A DNA stretch of 64,000 bases from Anthoceros angustus (taxonomy: Eukaryota > Plantae > Anthocerotophyta), in NCBI GenBank assembly GCA_010909165.1, contig MU008165.1, positions 806,001 through 870,000 on the forward strand. The letters are read 5' to 3'. The notes under the pieces are model-generated. The model saw only the letters and a program-made list of their open reading frames with translations, ran no database searches and was not told the origin of the DNA. Below are positions 1 to 12,760 of the stretch, one piece after another. Within the stretch, counting starts at the first letter, position 1. Each line of letters opens with the position of its first letter. The translations under genes were made by a program, and so were the position numbers.

Positions 1-30
1 AGCTCTCTCGTCTCTACTTGTTCCTCCATA

Positions 31-42
31 TGGTATCAGAGC
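31..42 (+). promoter_or_regulatory. Primer binding site (tRNA-iMet) of the Copia element
   Basis: TGGTATCAGAGC, 2 nt after an LTR-like CA end. Confidence 0.9.
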
Positions 43-72
43 ATGGTACGCATCTTGAGAAAAAACTTTGAA

Positions 73-880
73 AATGCCAAGGCATGGTAGAAATCGTAGC
101 GGCCCACGCCGAGGTGAGTCTTCTAGATACAATCATCTAGCAGCACCAAGGCCAGTAGCACCCCTACCTCTAGATACGGTGCTAGACCTCTACGAACATA
201 ACTACCTTGCCCTCTGGCTACAAAGGTTTGCTGCTCAACGACGTCCTTCATCACCCATGCCTGTGGATTATATTCGAGAAGAAATCAAGAGACCGACCGC
301 TCTATCGAGAACGCCTGCATGCACTTGGACAAACCCCGATCTCAGACATTACACCTCGACCCGCAAAGATTGGCCTCACCTGCATTTCCTGCTCGCACTG
401 CTGGAAACACGCGACCTTTTGTCGTTCCAAGGACCGCATAACAGCAAAGAAGAACCACCGAGAGCAAAATGTAATTCAACCCCACACTGAATTAGAGGAG
501 TTAAGGACAAGACGCAAGAGCTCCTTACCTGTGGAGAGGGTCCGCCCCTTGCTTTCGTGAACTGATTTCTCTCAAGAATGTAATTAGTTTGGATTCACCT
601 ACGTATCAGCAATTTCTTGCTCAGACCGGCTTCAAAGACATCAACATCACTAATATCTTGCAACAAATGGATCTCAAGCTGGAGGTTCTTGCACAAAATT
701 GCCTATCTGATAGACCTGGATCCAGCGCTGGAGTTCTGTGAGATCTTCCGCTGCCCGAGAGCGGAGACACCAGAGGCGCAGGGGGAAATTGTTGTTCAGA
801 TTTGAATCGGTGCAATTTCTGCCTCGCACCTCTTGCTGAATTGTCACCAAACAATCAGATTGGTTAGTGAGTGTCGTTTC
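73..880 (+). CDS. Extra ORF of unknown function in the Copia 5' leader, upstream of gag (frameshifted, about 250 aa)
   Basis: Joined from ORFs 68-490, 207-560 and 617-805. Protein-like segments LDTVLDLYEHNYLALWLQRF, DWPHLHFLLALLETRDLL, LHKIAYLIDLDPALEFCEIF. Lies between PBS and gag ATG. Confidence 0.45.
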
Positions 881-1241
881 ACGTGAAAGGGACATGTCAG
901 TTATTGACTAACCTAATTGAACCGTCATAAAAAAATATAAAGGCATTGTTTTTAGGGTTCCGTCTTGAGTAACGTTTCATACTAGCCTGGAAGGAAAGCT
1001 GAGGAGTTCGACGTGAGCAGAGTATAGCCACCAGCTACCCCCTTCTCTTGTCAATTCCGCCTTCCCTCCTCGTGATACTATGGTCACCCATGAGTACACA
1101 TTACAAGATCCGATGCATGCATACTTACATGTACCGTAAGAGCCATAGCTTTTACTGTCTACCTAAGTGTTCATGTCCAATATTGTAGCATAAACAACGC
1201 CTCAAGAATCAGTGGCAATTAGAACCTAACAACCAGCAGTC

Positions 1242-4200
1242 ATGGCAGCAGCAGTAGTGATTACCCCTTCTTTCACATCAGAACTCAAGGAAAAGACAGG
1301 TTTAAGGGGCATGGCTACCTAGTTTGGAGAGTCCGCATGAAAAGCATGCTAGTAGCACGGGTGTTTGTGGTCGGTCGATGGTACCTCTAAAAGCCGCACT
1401 AAATGCCCCCTACACCTTCACCGCGAAATATCTCTAAATGGATCCGCATAACCAAGATTGGAATGGCCCTTCTCATCGGAGGCCTGGCGTCACCTCGCCC
1501 CTCGGCGGAGTTCTTCACTACTGCACATGAGATCTGGTCCCAACTGGAGAACACGTACAAGATTACCAATGTTCTGACCCTCTGCACAGCTAAACATGAA
1601 TTTTACAGCTTAAGAATGAAAGAGGGGGACAAGGTGGCTCCTTTCTCAAGTAAATTTTGCCACCTGAGGGCACAGATAGCTGCGTTGACTCACAAGCCGA
1701 TGGATGAAGTGGATGCTGTAGCTGAGTTCCTCACTCGCCTTCCTCCTTCATACCAGTCATTTGTTACTAGCCGCAATGCCCCCCGTACACATGCCGCCGT
1801 TTGCTGCTGGTCAACCTGCGGGCCATCACCTCAAGGAGGTGACACATTGTTCCGAGGAGCAAGAGCCGATCTACCGGTGTTCCTAAGAGCAAAGCGGAAA
1901 AGGTGTTAGCTGCGAATTTTGTTCTTCTAACAAGACGAACAAATTCAAGGGGGAGAACAATAATCCTCAAGAGCAAAGAAGTGAATCCTCCAAGCCACTG
2001 TGCTCCCTCGCAGAATTGGTGTGGACCCCGCACACCGGGCAAGAGAATGCGAAGAAAAAGGCGTGTGAGCCATAAGCAACCAAACTCGCTGCAAATGTGG
2101 GAGTCAAGGACAAATCAAAGCGATTCCAAGGCATCCGTGGAGGATCCTACCATCCGCTTGTCAAGTTCTTACAAGATGAAGGTCATACTTACCTAGATCG
2201 CCACCACCACATCCGCAGAGATGTGAAGTTGTTCACTTCTCGACCTTGCTCATGTCCATGACAAGGTGCTTCTTGGTGATGAAATACCCAAGACAAGTCC
2301 AGATAGAAGGTCGAGGCACATGTGTGTTTATGCCGCATGATCACACACACCTCACGCTAGAAGATGTTCTCTCGCCTGTGCATGGCCAAGAACCTCGTCG
2401 ATGAGTCAGTCATGAGATCAATGCACTTTAATGCGTGCAGATGATTTGCCGCTTTTATAGAAAACAATCCCCTGACAGATGTGTCTTTAAAGGCATTTTA
2501 GACAATGTCTGTACAGACTAGACATAACATGTTGTAATCACCGTCCAAAGATGTTGCCGGCTGTGGGCTAAGTCCCTAGCTCAAAGATGAAGCCATGCCG
2601 GGCAGCATGCTCGCATGTCAATCGCCCAAGCTCATAGACATGTCGATAATAAATGTCACCGAGAGCCACTCCCCAAGTGCTTCAAACATCTGCCTGTGTG
2701 CGAGTCCTATATTTTAGCGAAACAGAAAGAGTCTCCTTTTCCTAATGCACCTGCACACAGGGCAACACAAGTCCTTGGTTTAGTTCATGCTGATATATCA
2801 GGGAAAATTGGAACCATCACTCGGAGGTTCTCAATACTTTTTCACATTGACAAACGACTACAGATAGATATACCTGGACTTTCCCAATGCAACTGAAGAG
2901 TGAGACATTCTCTTATTTCAAGGATCGGCCGATCAGACAGACAACTGAATGCTGCAAGGTTTCAATCGACAACGGGATGTAATTCGTGGAACCAAGCTTT
3001 TGATTTACTTGCAAGAACATGGAGTTCTTCGCCAACTTATCGCTCCCTACACGCCACAAAGAAAATGGCGCTTCGTAACGAAAATCAAACTCAGCAATGA
3101 CTCGAAGCATGCTCATTTGGGCTGGATTACCTCAAGGTTACTGGGCAGAGGCCATCGTTACTGCGACGTACATCCTGAATAGGGTGCTGACAAGTTCTGT
3201 CCCACACAAGACTCCTTACGAGGTATTCTGGTCTCGCAAGCCAAGCCTGTTACATTTGAAGGTCTTCGGATCTCGAGCCTTCGCACACATCCCAGCTGAA
3301 AAAGGGAAGAAGCTTGATCCTCGAGCCCAGGGCCTTATTTTTGTTGGGTACAGTGATACTGCCAAGGCATACAAATTGGTTAATATGTAAATGTGATCCA
3401 TGGTGCTTGGAGAGTGTGACGCTCATTGAGCCACCCCAAAGATCTCGTTGAGCACAACAATTTACCTCCGTATAGTGATAACCTAACAATCATGTGATCA
3501 CCTTGAAGCTAGTGATACCCTCCTGATGACATGGAGCAGTCACTGTTTGATGTTGAATTACCAGCTCCAGATCCGAATGCAGGTCTTGCTCCAGCCATTG
3601 TCAACCCTGGATTAGCAAATCAACCTGACCCATTTTTACATGAAGATGAGGGGGTTATTCCAGATGCAGGGGTGCTCGACTTGATGCGCAGATTTTGCCG
3701 ACAATGTTGCCACCACCGCTTTGATCACCGGATCTTCTTGATCCAGATTATGAGCCTGACGAACAACAACTCGATGAGCCTGAACCAGAACCAGACCAAG
3801 GGCTCAGGCGATCCACACGATATAGGCAACCACCTGCAAAATGGAAAGAGCCTCGCTATCAGTCAATAGATTTTAGGACACATCTTGTTCTGTGCCTCAG
3901 CATACGCTTTTACCAGATGAGCCTACCGCCTTCTCAAGCCTTCAATGGCCCTCAACATGTGCAATGGAAGGCCGCTGTGGAGGATGAATATCATCGCTTG
4001 TCAAGAACAAAACTTGATTCTGCCGACTCCCACCAGCCGCAAGGCCATATCTTGCAAGTGGGTGTTCAAACTCAAGTTAAATGCAAAGGGAAGTTGCTAG
4101 ATTCAAAGCACGCCTCGTGGCTAGAGGATTTACTCAAGTGGAAGGGCTCGATCACCAAGAGACATTTTCACCAAAGTGGTTCGTAGCCACCCATCGACTC

Positions 4201-5400
4201 ATCCTAGCTTATGCAATGTAATTTGATCTTGACCTCCAGCATGGACGCTGCACGGCTTTTCTGTATGGCGCCTTGATGAGGAATTATACATGCTCCAGCC
4301 TGTAGGCCTATGAGGATCCCGACATCCAAACAAGGTGTTAAAACTCTGAAGTGCATATATGTCAAACAAAGTGAGAGTGTGGTACATTACTATGCATTTG
4401 TATTTGCTCAGCATAGACTTTGTTCAGAACACAGCTGATACTAATGTCTACAAGCTTTCCTAAGGATCCTCTATCGTGCTCGCCCTTTACGCCGATGACG
4501 TGATTTTTGCCACCAATGACCAAGCAATAGTTGTCAAGCAAAGCTACACAAGATTTTGATATGAAAGATATCAGAGCTTAAATTTTGCTTGGGCATTCAA
4601 CATGAGTTAGGGATGAAGGTCTCTGTTCATACACCAAAGACAAGTATGGAATGAGATACTTAAGAAATTTAATCTAAGTACCGTGCCAGCCACCACTCCC
4701 TATGCAATGTACCAAGTTAACACTTTCTCAAAGGCCTACAATCGCTGTAAGAAATTAAGGACATGGCAGATGTAATTTTATCTAAGATGCAATATCGTTT
4801 GTAGCAAATTGACCAGGCCCGACATACAATATGCTGTTAGCACAACTTCCCAATTTCTTGAGAATCCTACTAATGATGTACCGAAAAGGGTCTTCCCAGA
4901 TCTAAAGGGCACACATATGGCATGTACAAGCGCAAGGGTGCACCCACCTTGTCCGGATTTACAGATGCTGATTGGGGATCCAATTCTGATTCAAGGCGCA
5001 GCCTTTCAACATATTGCTTTCTCCTTGCCTCAGCTTCCGTTAATTGGAGCAGTAAAAAACAGTCTACCATTGCCTTGAGCTCCACTGAGGCAGAGTATAA
5101 ATCTATGACAGAGGCCGCTAAAGAGGCTGAATGGGAATGAGGGTTCCTTGCTGCCCTTGACAGTCCAAGATCGCCCACCTTAATTCTCTCATGACAACAA
5201 GAAGACTGAATTAGTTGCTGCTCACCTTTCACGCCAGTGACAACACATCGAGATCCAACATCACCACATCGTAGATGGTTGCTCGTGGTGTTATCAAAGT
5301 GGACTATATTGGCACAGTATGAAAATACCGATATTCTCACAAAGGGCCCCCAAGCACAAGCACTATGTTCACATGCAAGGGTTAGGTCTCCATGATTTCT
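1242..5400 (+). pseudogene. Copia gag-pol polyprotein (frameshifted)
   Basis: N-terminal RFKGHGYLVWRVRMKSML; UBN2/gag HEIWSQLENTY..RMKEGD..FLTRLPPSYQSF; integrase LVHADISG and WAEAIVTATYILNR..TPYE..LKVFGS; RT WKAAVEDEY, KWVFK, RPDIQYAVS; RNase H GFTDADWG..WSSKKQSTIALSSTEAEY..DILTKG. Confidence 0.93.
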
Positions 5401-5436
5401 CAAATTACTTTGACTGCTGAGGACACTTATCTCGCT

Positions 5437-5810
5437 TGAGGGGGTGGACACCGTTCCCATGTGTTGTTTTTCCGCCTCCCAACAATGTACCAAGTTGTCC
5501 CGCACCGCATACCACACATCCGTAAAGTACGCTTTAGATTTTCTCGCCGACAGACCGCCCACAAGTGGATGAAGCTCCATCGATGCATCAATCACCGGCC
5601 GTGGATGCCCTATCCGGCCCACAACCTCTCCTTCGGGCCGCCAGCTTGTGTAGTGTTTTCAAGGTGCTGGATCAGACTTCCCTCTTCTTTTATGCGCGTA
5701 GCCTCGCCTCCTTTACCCCGCCACGCCTTAGGCCGATCTCAGCTCAACATTGAAGCGCCTAGGCGCCAAGACCGCCACATCCTCGGTGCTTGATTCCCAC
5801 CTCCCAAATT
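5437..5810 (+). repeat. Polypurine tract and probable 3' LTR of the Copia element
   Basis: gagggggtg directly after RNase H. The 3' end only loosely matches bases 1-28. Confidence 0.5.
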
Positions 5811-6404
5811 TTGTTGCTCACAGTTGCTTTTCACCGCCTTTGCTGCACTGGATCCGAGGGAGATTCCTAGTTTTATGTGGAGCCCGCCTCCTTTCTTTCT
5901 TCAAAGACAACGGTGTCTTCGAGGCATGGCAATCAAGAGGAGTGAGCACAAACAAAGTCAGCTTCTCCTCCATGGAACGAAAAGTTTGGGCAACCAACAA
6001 AAGAGCCAAGACAAACAAGTTTGATTTTTTTTGGCTAAAACGATTGAAGGAGGAGCATGCTGTGAAATTTTCTCGAGAACCTTGAAGTCGGAGTTGTAGG
6101 ATATTGTTAAGGAAGTCAAGAAGAGGATATCCCAGAAAAGAACGGGTCAAACGACCCCAAGCGAGAGTAATGGCGTCAAAGGAGGGTCAGTACCGCCGTA
6201 GGGTCGCCACACTACAGGGTCGAGAAGGAGCAGTTACCGCGTAAGTCGCATTACCACGGCAGGTCGACAAATCTCGCTAAAAAGGAAATTAGATAAGGGG
6301 ATATCCACTATATATGCTCACCAATAGGGAGATAATAGATTAGAAGGTAATTAATTAGGGGATATAGCAGAAAATAGGTAATTTAGGCGGATTAGGTAAT
6401 TAGG

Positions 6405-9400
6405 AATGTTGAATGATCTAGGGTGCAAACTGTGGCGCAATCCAAGGAGGGCAAAGTGCGCTTGGGCGCCGCCAACTCTCTCGAATCGAGGCGCCTCACT
6501 GCCAAGATCGACCGGGCGGAGCGTAAGAGCGAGAAGGAGAGGAAGAAGCCGCCATCACCTCACCACCCCACGGGCGAAGCGCAAAAGGGAGCTAGGCACG
6601 CGAGCGAAGGAGAGGAACCCTCGGAGAAGGAGGAGAAGAGGAAGGCGCCAAACACTGAGGCGCGAGACCTCAAGCCTGCATGCAGAGGAGCGCTGGAGAG
6701 TCGCGAGGCCGAGGCCGAGGCGTGAGGCGCGAGACTGCATGAAGCGGCGCAAAAGTCGGAGAGGAGGAGGAGCCCATTTTCACCGGCGCCTCGGGAGGAG
6801 AAATCAGAGGAGCACCTGAAACGCTGAACGGTACTTGTGCCTCAGTGGGTGCCCGCCAGTGACAAGGAAGGAGTGTTTGGGAGTGCTGGAGCTTGCCCCA
6901 CTGGGAATTGGGGAGTAATTTCCTCTTGAAGCACACTTGAGAGGAAGCACCATGCCTCGAGGTGAAAGGGGGGAAGGAGCCACCGCCAAGGGCCTCCTCG
7001 CGAGGAAAAGGAAAGAAGGCAAGCAGCGAGGTCGCTACCGCCAGTGAGGGGTGAAGTCGAGATGCCCCAATTCACTTGTTTTGGGCGCTAACCGCGATTT
7101 GGTTGATTTTCTAATGGGCGAGGAGGATAACATCCAATTGGGATGGGTGTATGGCCGCCAATGGGCCTACACCAATTTGGAGTTGATTGAGGAGTGCTTC
7201 ATCAATCTCCATCAATCGAGGCACTTGCCGACACGGAAGGAATGCTCGAACGGATCCTCGCCGACCGTAAGGAGCATTCGATGTGTGTATGGAGACCGGA
7301 GGAGGAGAGCTCGAATTGCTCTCGAGAGGACGAATGGAGGAAGAGGACGCCCTCTCCGAAATTCCGCAGAGCTCCTCGACATGATGGACGGAGGAGTGAA
7401 GGCCCATGCCAAGAATGGCTGGAAAATGTATAGCATCAAAGAGTCAAGTGGAGGCTCTTTGCAAGATTGTCAGTTGGTAAATTACCAACTTCTATTTCAA
7501 AGACCAACTTCCTCCGCAATTTTTGTGGAAGATTTCAATGGAGGAGCCAAGATTGGGGCACCATCATGTATGAGGCCTACATCCACCACCGGAGAAGCTC
7601 CTCAAGCCAAATTCGTGGATGAGGAAGGGCCAAGGCTCGCTACCTTAGCACCTATTTGGTGCATTTGTGGAAACGGAGGGACTTCTCACAAGCAAGGAGT
7701 TGGAAGATGCTTGCATCCTTCTGAGATAATTCATCTCCAGCCAAGCTTGGAAAGGCCTTGCCTTGCATTGAGGAAGACAATGGGAGGTCGACTCCACAAG
7801 CATGCTAGAGCAAGGGGGAGGATGTAGAGGCAACAAGGCCGCCGAGTGGGAAGCTTTTCCCCACAAGAGCAAGGAGGAGGAGAGGAATGTGAACCGCCGA
7901 GGGGCCGAATGGTAGTCTATGAGAGGAGGACTACCACAGGGGTGATCCCCAAGGGTGGGGAGTCCCCACCATCTCATTTGTGCCAGCAGAGGCACCCCAG
8001 CACCACCCTGAGGGAGGCACCACCCAAGAGGGGGCACCACCAGAGCCACCACTACCAGGTAGGCAGGCATCACCGCTGGGGAGCAGCCCACCTGAAAAGC
8101 ACCTCACCTGTAGGGTGACTACCAAGGGAAGGAGCCACCGCCAAGGGCTCCTCGCGAGGAAAAGGAAAGAAGGCAAAGCAGGTCGCGCCCGCCTGTGAGG
8201 GGTGAGCTCAGATGCCCCAATTCACTTGTTTTGGCAGCTCAACCCCGAGATTTGGTTGATTTTCGCAAGGGCGAGGAGGATAACATCCAATTGGGATGTA
8301 TGGCCGCCAATGGGCCTACACTAATTTGGAATTGATTGAGGAGTGTTCATCAACTCCATCAATCGAGGCCCCTTGCCGATTACCGGAAGGAATGCTCGAA
8401 CGGATCCTCGCGGACCGTAAGGAGCATTCGTGTGTATGGAGACCGGAGGAGGAGCTCGAATTGCTCTCCTCGAGGACGAATGGAGGAAGAGGACGCCCTC
8501 CGAATTCCGCAGAGCTCGACATGATGGACGGAGGAGTGAAGGCCCATGCCAAGAATGGCTGGAAAACAGAGAGCATCAAGGAGTCAAGTGGAGGCTCTTC
8601 GCAAGATTGTGGTTGGTAAATTACCAAACTTTTATTTCAAAGACCAACTTCCTCCAATTTTTGTGGAAGATTTCATGGGAGCCAAGCCGATTGGGGACCA
8701 TCATGTATGAGGCCTACATCCACCACGAGAAGCTCCTCAAGCCAAATTCGTGGATGAGGAAGGGCCAAGGCTGCTACCTTAGCACCTATTTGGTGCATTT
8801 GTGGGAAACGAGGGACTTCTCACAAGCAAGGAGTTGAAGATGCTGGCATCCTTTGAGATAATCCATCTCCAAGCTTGGAAAGGCCTTGCCTTTGCATTGA
8901 GGAAGACAATGGGAGGTCGACTCCACAAGCATGCTAGAGCAAGGGCGGAGGATGTAGAGGCAACAAGGTTGCCGAGTGGGAACTTTTCCCCACAAGAGCA
9001 AGGAGGAGGAGAGGAACAGAACCGCCGAGGAAGGCCGAATGGTAGTCTATGAGAGAGGACTACGAGGGGTGATACCCAAGGGTGGGGAGTCCCCACCATC
9101 TCATTTGTGCCTACGAGAGGCACCATCACCCCGGAGGGAGGCACCACCCAAGGGGTGGCATCAGAGGCCACCACCAGGTAGGCGACTACCGCTGGGAGCT
9201 CACTAGGCAAGCACCCCACGCCAGAGGGGCAGCCTAGGAAGGGAAGGAGAAGCCACGCCGCGGCGCCGGCCGCCACCACCCGCTGAGGAGAGCGGATGGA
9301 GCGACTGAGGGGACCAAGGCCACCGCTGATGGCCCGGAGTGCAAGGGAGCTGGAAATTTCCAGCAAGAAGAACAAAGGGAATTGGGGACCCTAGAGAATT

Positions 9401-10300
9401 GTTGAGTGCTTGTGAAGCACTCACCGTGGATTTGAAGGGGCTAGGAGCTAGCAGCCTCCTTGTGGGCATGCTAAGAGGAAGTCAAAGCCCAAGAAATGAC
9501 CGGAGGAAAGCAGGACTAAATGGCAATTGGAGCCATGGAGTCCGAAGGCAAAGCCGGAGAAGGTCAGGAGAAGCTCCACGACCTTGTGGACCACGGAGAG
9601 CGAGAAGGTCCTAGAGGGAAGGTCACAAGAGAGAGAGCCATTCCAACAACCCAAAGGGATTGGAGTGGCGTATATGAGCATTTTGCCCAATTAGAGCAAG
9701 AGAAAAAGGGCAAAACAGAGGCTCTAGGAAGGAGAAGGTGGCGGTCCAACAAATGGATGCGAGCAGGTGTGATGGCTACCAAGCCATCAAGATCCGGGAC
9801 ATGGAAGAGGAATAAGGACCCGGCTCAATTTGGAAGAGAAGCTGGAGCTAAAGGCTCAAGATCGTACAAGAGCTAGAGCGGAGGGAAGTGTGGCAAGTGG
9901 AGAAGGAGAGACTGCAAGTAATGAATGGAACAAAGGAGGTTCCAGAGGAAGAGCACCAAGAAGGTGGTGGCACAATGTGGTGAGGAAGGGGTTTTGGTGG
10001 ACTATGCCCTTCTGTGCAAATTGGCTACCAAATTGGGAAGGGAGGAGAACAACCTCCATGTCAAGGTGGGAGAATTGACCAAGGAGACGCCTACAAGGGT
10101 AGGTGGAGGATGGAGAGTGGCCCATGGATTGATGATCTCCAAATGCAATCATAGCTTGGGGCTCCATCTTCACAATAGGATATTGAAGGCCAACAACGAA
10201 GTCGGGCCAAGAGGAGGACATTGGGTCCTCATGATGATGAAAGGAGCCGCAGTAAAATGGAGGCCTCCGATTTTGATGAGGCCACAAGTGACATGGACTC
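6405..10300 (+). pseudogene. Family E ORF-B: basic N-terminus, duplicated conserved domain, coiled-coil-like C-terminus
   Basis: Motifs GKVRLG, MPQFTCF..RDLVDF..EEDNIQLGWVYGRQWAYTNLELIEEC, YLSTYLVHLWETEGLLTSKELED; E/K-rich segment at 9500-10100; TATA box about 100 nt upstream at 6309. Confidence 0.6.
6970..9200 (+). repeat. About 1.15-kb tandem duplication inside family E copy A
   Basis: gatgccccaattcacttgttt at about 7061 and 8210; ggaaggagccaccgccaaggg at about 6972 and 8126. Copy B has only one such domain. Confidence 0.85.
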
Positions 10301-11870
10301 AAGGAGTCCTGGAAGAATCAAGGGAGGCGCCAAGCTGGAAGGATGGCGGAGCGCAAGGAGGGGGACAGCCTCCCTCGGGGGTCACCCTACCACGGTAGGT
10401 GACCACCTACCACTGTAGTCCGCCAGCATCACCGTGGTAGACAACACCACGCCCGGTAGTCCGCCAGACCGGGTAGAAGCAACCGGAGCTGGGGCTTGCC
10501 GAGGAGTCGCCAAGGCCCCGAGGATGAAGGAGCCGGGGCGTAGTGACGCACCTCCAGATAGGGGAGAGTGGGGAGACAACCCACCAGAGAGACTAAGACG
10601 GGTCCACCTGGTAGGGGAGGGAATTCTCACCTGACAGGGAAGAGCCAGGCCATGAGAAGAGTCGAATGCAAAAGGGCCCAAGAAGTTAATCCCACATTGG
10701 GGAGAAGACTGAGAAATGCCCAAGCAAGGTATGGACAAATCAAATAGGAGGATAGAGCAAGAGGATCCACCCGAGGGACATCAGACATGAAGAAGAAGAA
10801 GAAGAAGAAGAAGAGAAGGACTGACTACCATGGTAGGGTCGTCACCCAGACCCCATCACCGGTAGGGTGACGTGAAACGGGCGCGACCGTGAGGCTGAAG
10901 CCGAGAAGGAGGGGGGCGCAATTGCCGGATGGCAAGAGGAACTGTGGCGCGCCCGCTGAGATGGAGGAAGGGGGTAATCTGTACTTGCCTCCCACATTAG
11001 GAAGATGACAAGGACCGGAAAGGGCAAGAGCAAAAGGAGGAGGGAGCCAATCCACAACAACTGTCATTATCCCAAAGGTGGAGGACTAGATATGGTCAAA
11101 GACCATAAATGTAGATGGAAATAGAAAAGGACAGTGATGTGTCCGACATCCTCCAAGGATGACTTTACTTTAGAATAGAATTTACCTGAATCGGATTAGA
11201 CGTGAGGTTGCGTGCCTTAAATGTCAAGAGGAAATAATGGAATATTGGAAAAGGTGACCTGTGAGGGGTCACCGGAAGTGGGTCTCGGAAAAGAGGAGGA
11301 GGACTTCACAAGCAAAGTATCATGTCTTATGCGCCATACTCCGAGTCCTTTGCTCAAAGGAATTTTGTGCTGGCCATTGAGCCAACGCAACGTCTGTAGG
11401 TCGTGGCTTGTGTTTGGTGGAGGGCTGCTTCCTGCGCCTAAACGGTTGCCCCTTGTGAATGGTTGTCAGAAATTGCTTTGCTTTTTGCAAAAGGAACTCG
11501 TCAGACTAACAACGTTGGCAGACTGGAGTTGACCGTGTCAAACTCATAGCACCGCCCAAGAACTGGCGGTGGAGGCCGACCTCGCCAAAGCCGGGGGGCC
11601 AAAGCCTGAACCGAGGTAGGAATAGGAGTGGCGGCGGTCGAGACGGAGAGGTAGATTAGACGTGGTGTTAGTGGAAGGCCGTGCAGCCCAGAATCCCAAA
11701 TCTGCAAGTAAAGGGAGTGGAGGAGATTGGTCTGAAGTATGGACAAATGTACCTGGTGTGGACGTGGGGTCTCGCGCCCATGATGCAGAATGGGACCTCC
11801 GCCTGCCTCACGCTTTTCCTCGACTGAGCGAGACATCCGGCCGTCGCCTCCACCCTCCTGGAGGAGCACT

Positions 11871-12105
11871 GTAGGGGAAAAACCCCTGACTCAGATCCTC
11901 CCACTCTAGGCCACACTTATCCCACTGCCGTCAGACGTTGGGTTTAGGTCCATGAGACTGGTGGGAAAGTTCGAGGTCTTGGATAACCGATCACCTCCTC
12001 GCAGAGACACACCTTCTCATCCTTCTAAATGGAGCAAGGCGCCTCATCGACCCTCTTACAAGAGCCTGCCCCATTTGTAATCGAGACCCATTGTCCTTCT
12101 CACCG
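11871..12105 (+). repeat. Left member of a ~230-bp inverted-repeat pair (partner 24450-24677)
   Basis: gtaggggaaaacccc..ccacacttatccca..gccgtcagacg..aaagttcgagg..cgcagagacaca..agcaaggcgcctc matches the reverse complement of 24450-24677. Confidence 0.8.
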
Positions 12106-12524
12106 TGAACAAATGAGGCATGCGCAGAGGCCCAAGCACTGCGTAAGACCTCGCACCTGAGGGTGCGCAAGGAGGCGAGGCCTAAGAGGAGGCCCAAGCG
12201 GAGAGGGCTCGCGACTGCCGAGGGTGGCTTTACTGACCAACACCAAGCCGAGAGGCCTGGTGAAGGCGGCACGGGAGGCGGAAGCCGCGGCTAAGGCCGA
12301 CCGGGATCACCATCGACGTGATCAAAACCGGTGGAGGAGATACAGGGATAGCCACAAGCAACCCAGAAGGCGTATCAACAGAGGCAGTGAGTGCACGCCG
12401 CCTAGGCAGAGGGAAGGAGGCCAGCAACAAGAAGATGGAGGATTTCGAGCTTCAGCGTGAGGTGGAGCAATGCGTGAGATGGAAGACCGCAGGAGACAGG
12501 CTAGCGGCTCAAATATTAGGCTGA
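12020..12524 (+). pseudogene. Basic/charged ORF remnant of unknown function following the inverted repeat
   Basis: ORFs 12224-12460 and 12318-12524 (KPRGLVKAAREAEAAAK..; ASNKKMEDFELQREVEQ..). Confidence 0.3.
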
Positions 12525-12529
12525 CGCGA

Positions 12530-12760
12530 GGGGCGCGACGGCCGAGAAGCCGAGGCCGTTAGGCCGACCGTTTTAGGCCGCGGCGCCCGACGCGAGTCCG
12601 CTCGCGAAGGAGCGCCGAGGTCAGGGCCGACGCTGCACTCGATCGCATCGGCGTTAGCCGAGGTCTGTGCTCATTTAAGGGTTGCTGCCCAGCTTATAAC
12701 TCTTTTTTCTCTCTCTTCCATGTAATTGATAAGGTAACACAAGTTTTGATTTTAGCTTCC
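12530..12760 (-). repeat. GC-rich element end, homologous to 36460-36670
   Basis: Reverse complement (gacctcggct..gagtgcagcgtcggccctgacctcggcgctcc..aaacggtcggcc) aligns with 36535-36665; adjacent ttacat..ggagagaaaaaa..ataa is also shared. Confidence 0.75.

Larger units (their letters stand above)
1..5810 (+). mobile_element. Ty1/Copia LTR retrotransposon (end of 5' LTR, PBS, gag-pol, PPT, probable 3' LTR); right boundary approximate
   Basis: LTR end ...ttcctcCA at 28; Met-tRNA PBS at 31-42; domain order gag-PR-IN-RT-RH; purine tract gagggggt followed by TG at 5445. Confidence 0.92.
5950..11800 (+). mobile_element. Multi-ORF repeat family E, copy A (probably the accessory region of an LTR/Gypsy-type element; no RT seen)
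   Basis: Colinear homology with 19930-24400 (+) and 37971-40140 (-), including shared ggatatccactatatatgctcaccaataggg, ORF-B and the downstream region. Confidence 0.75.
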
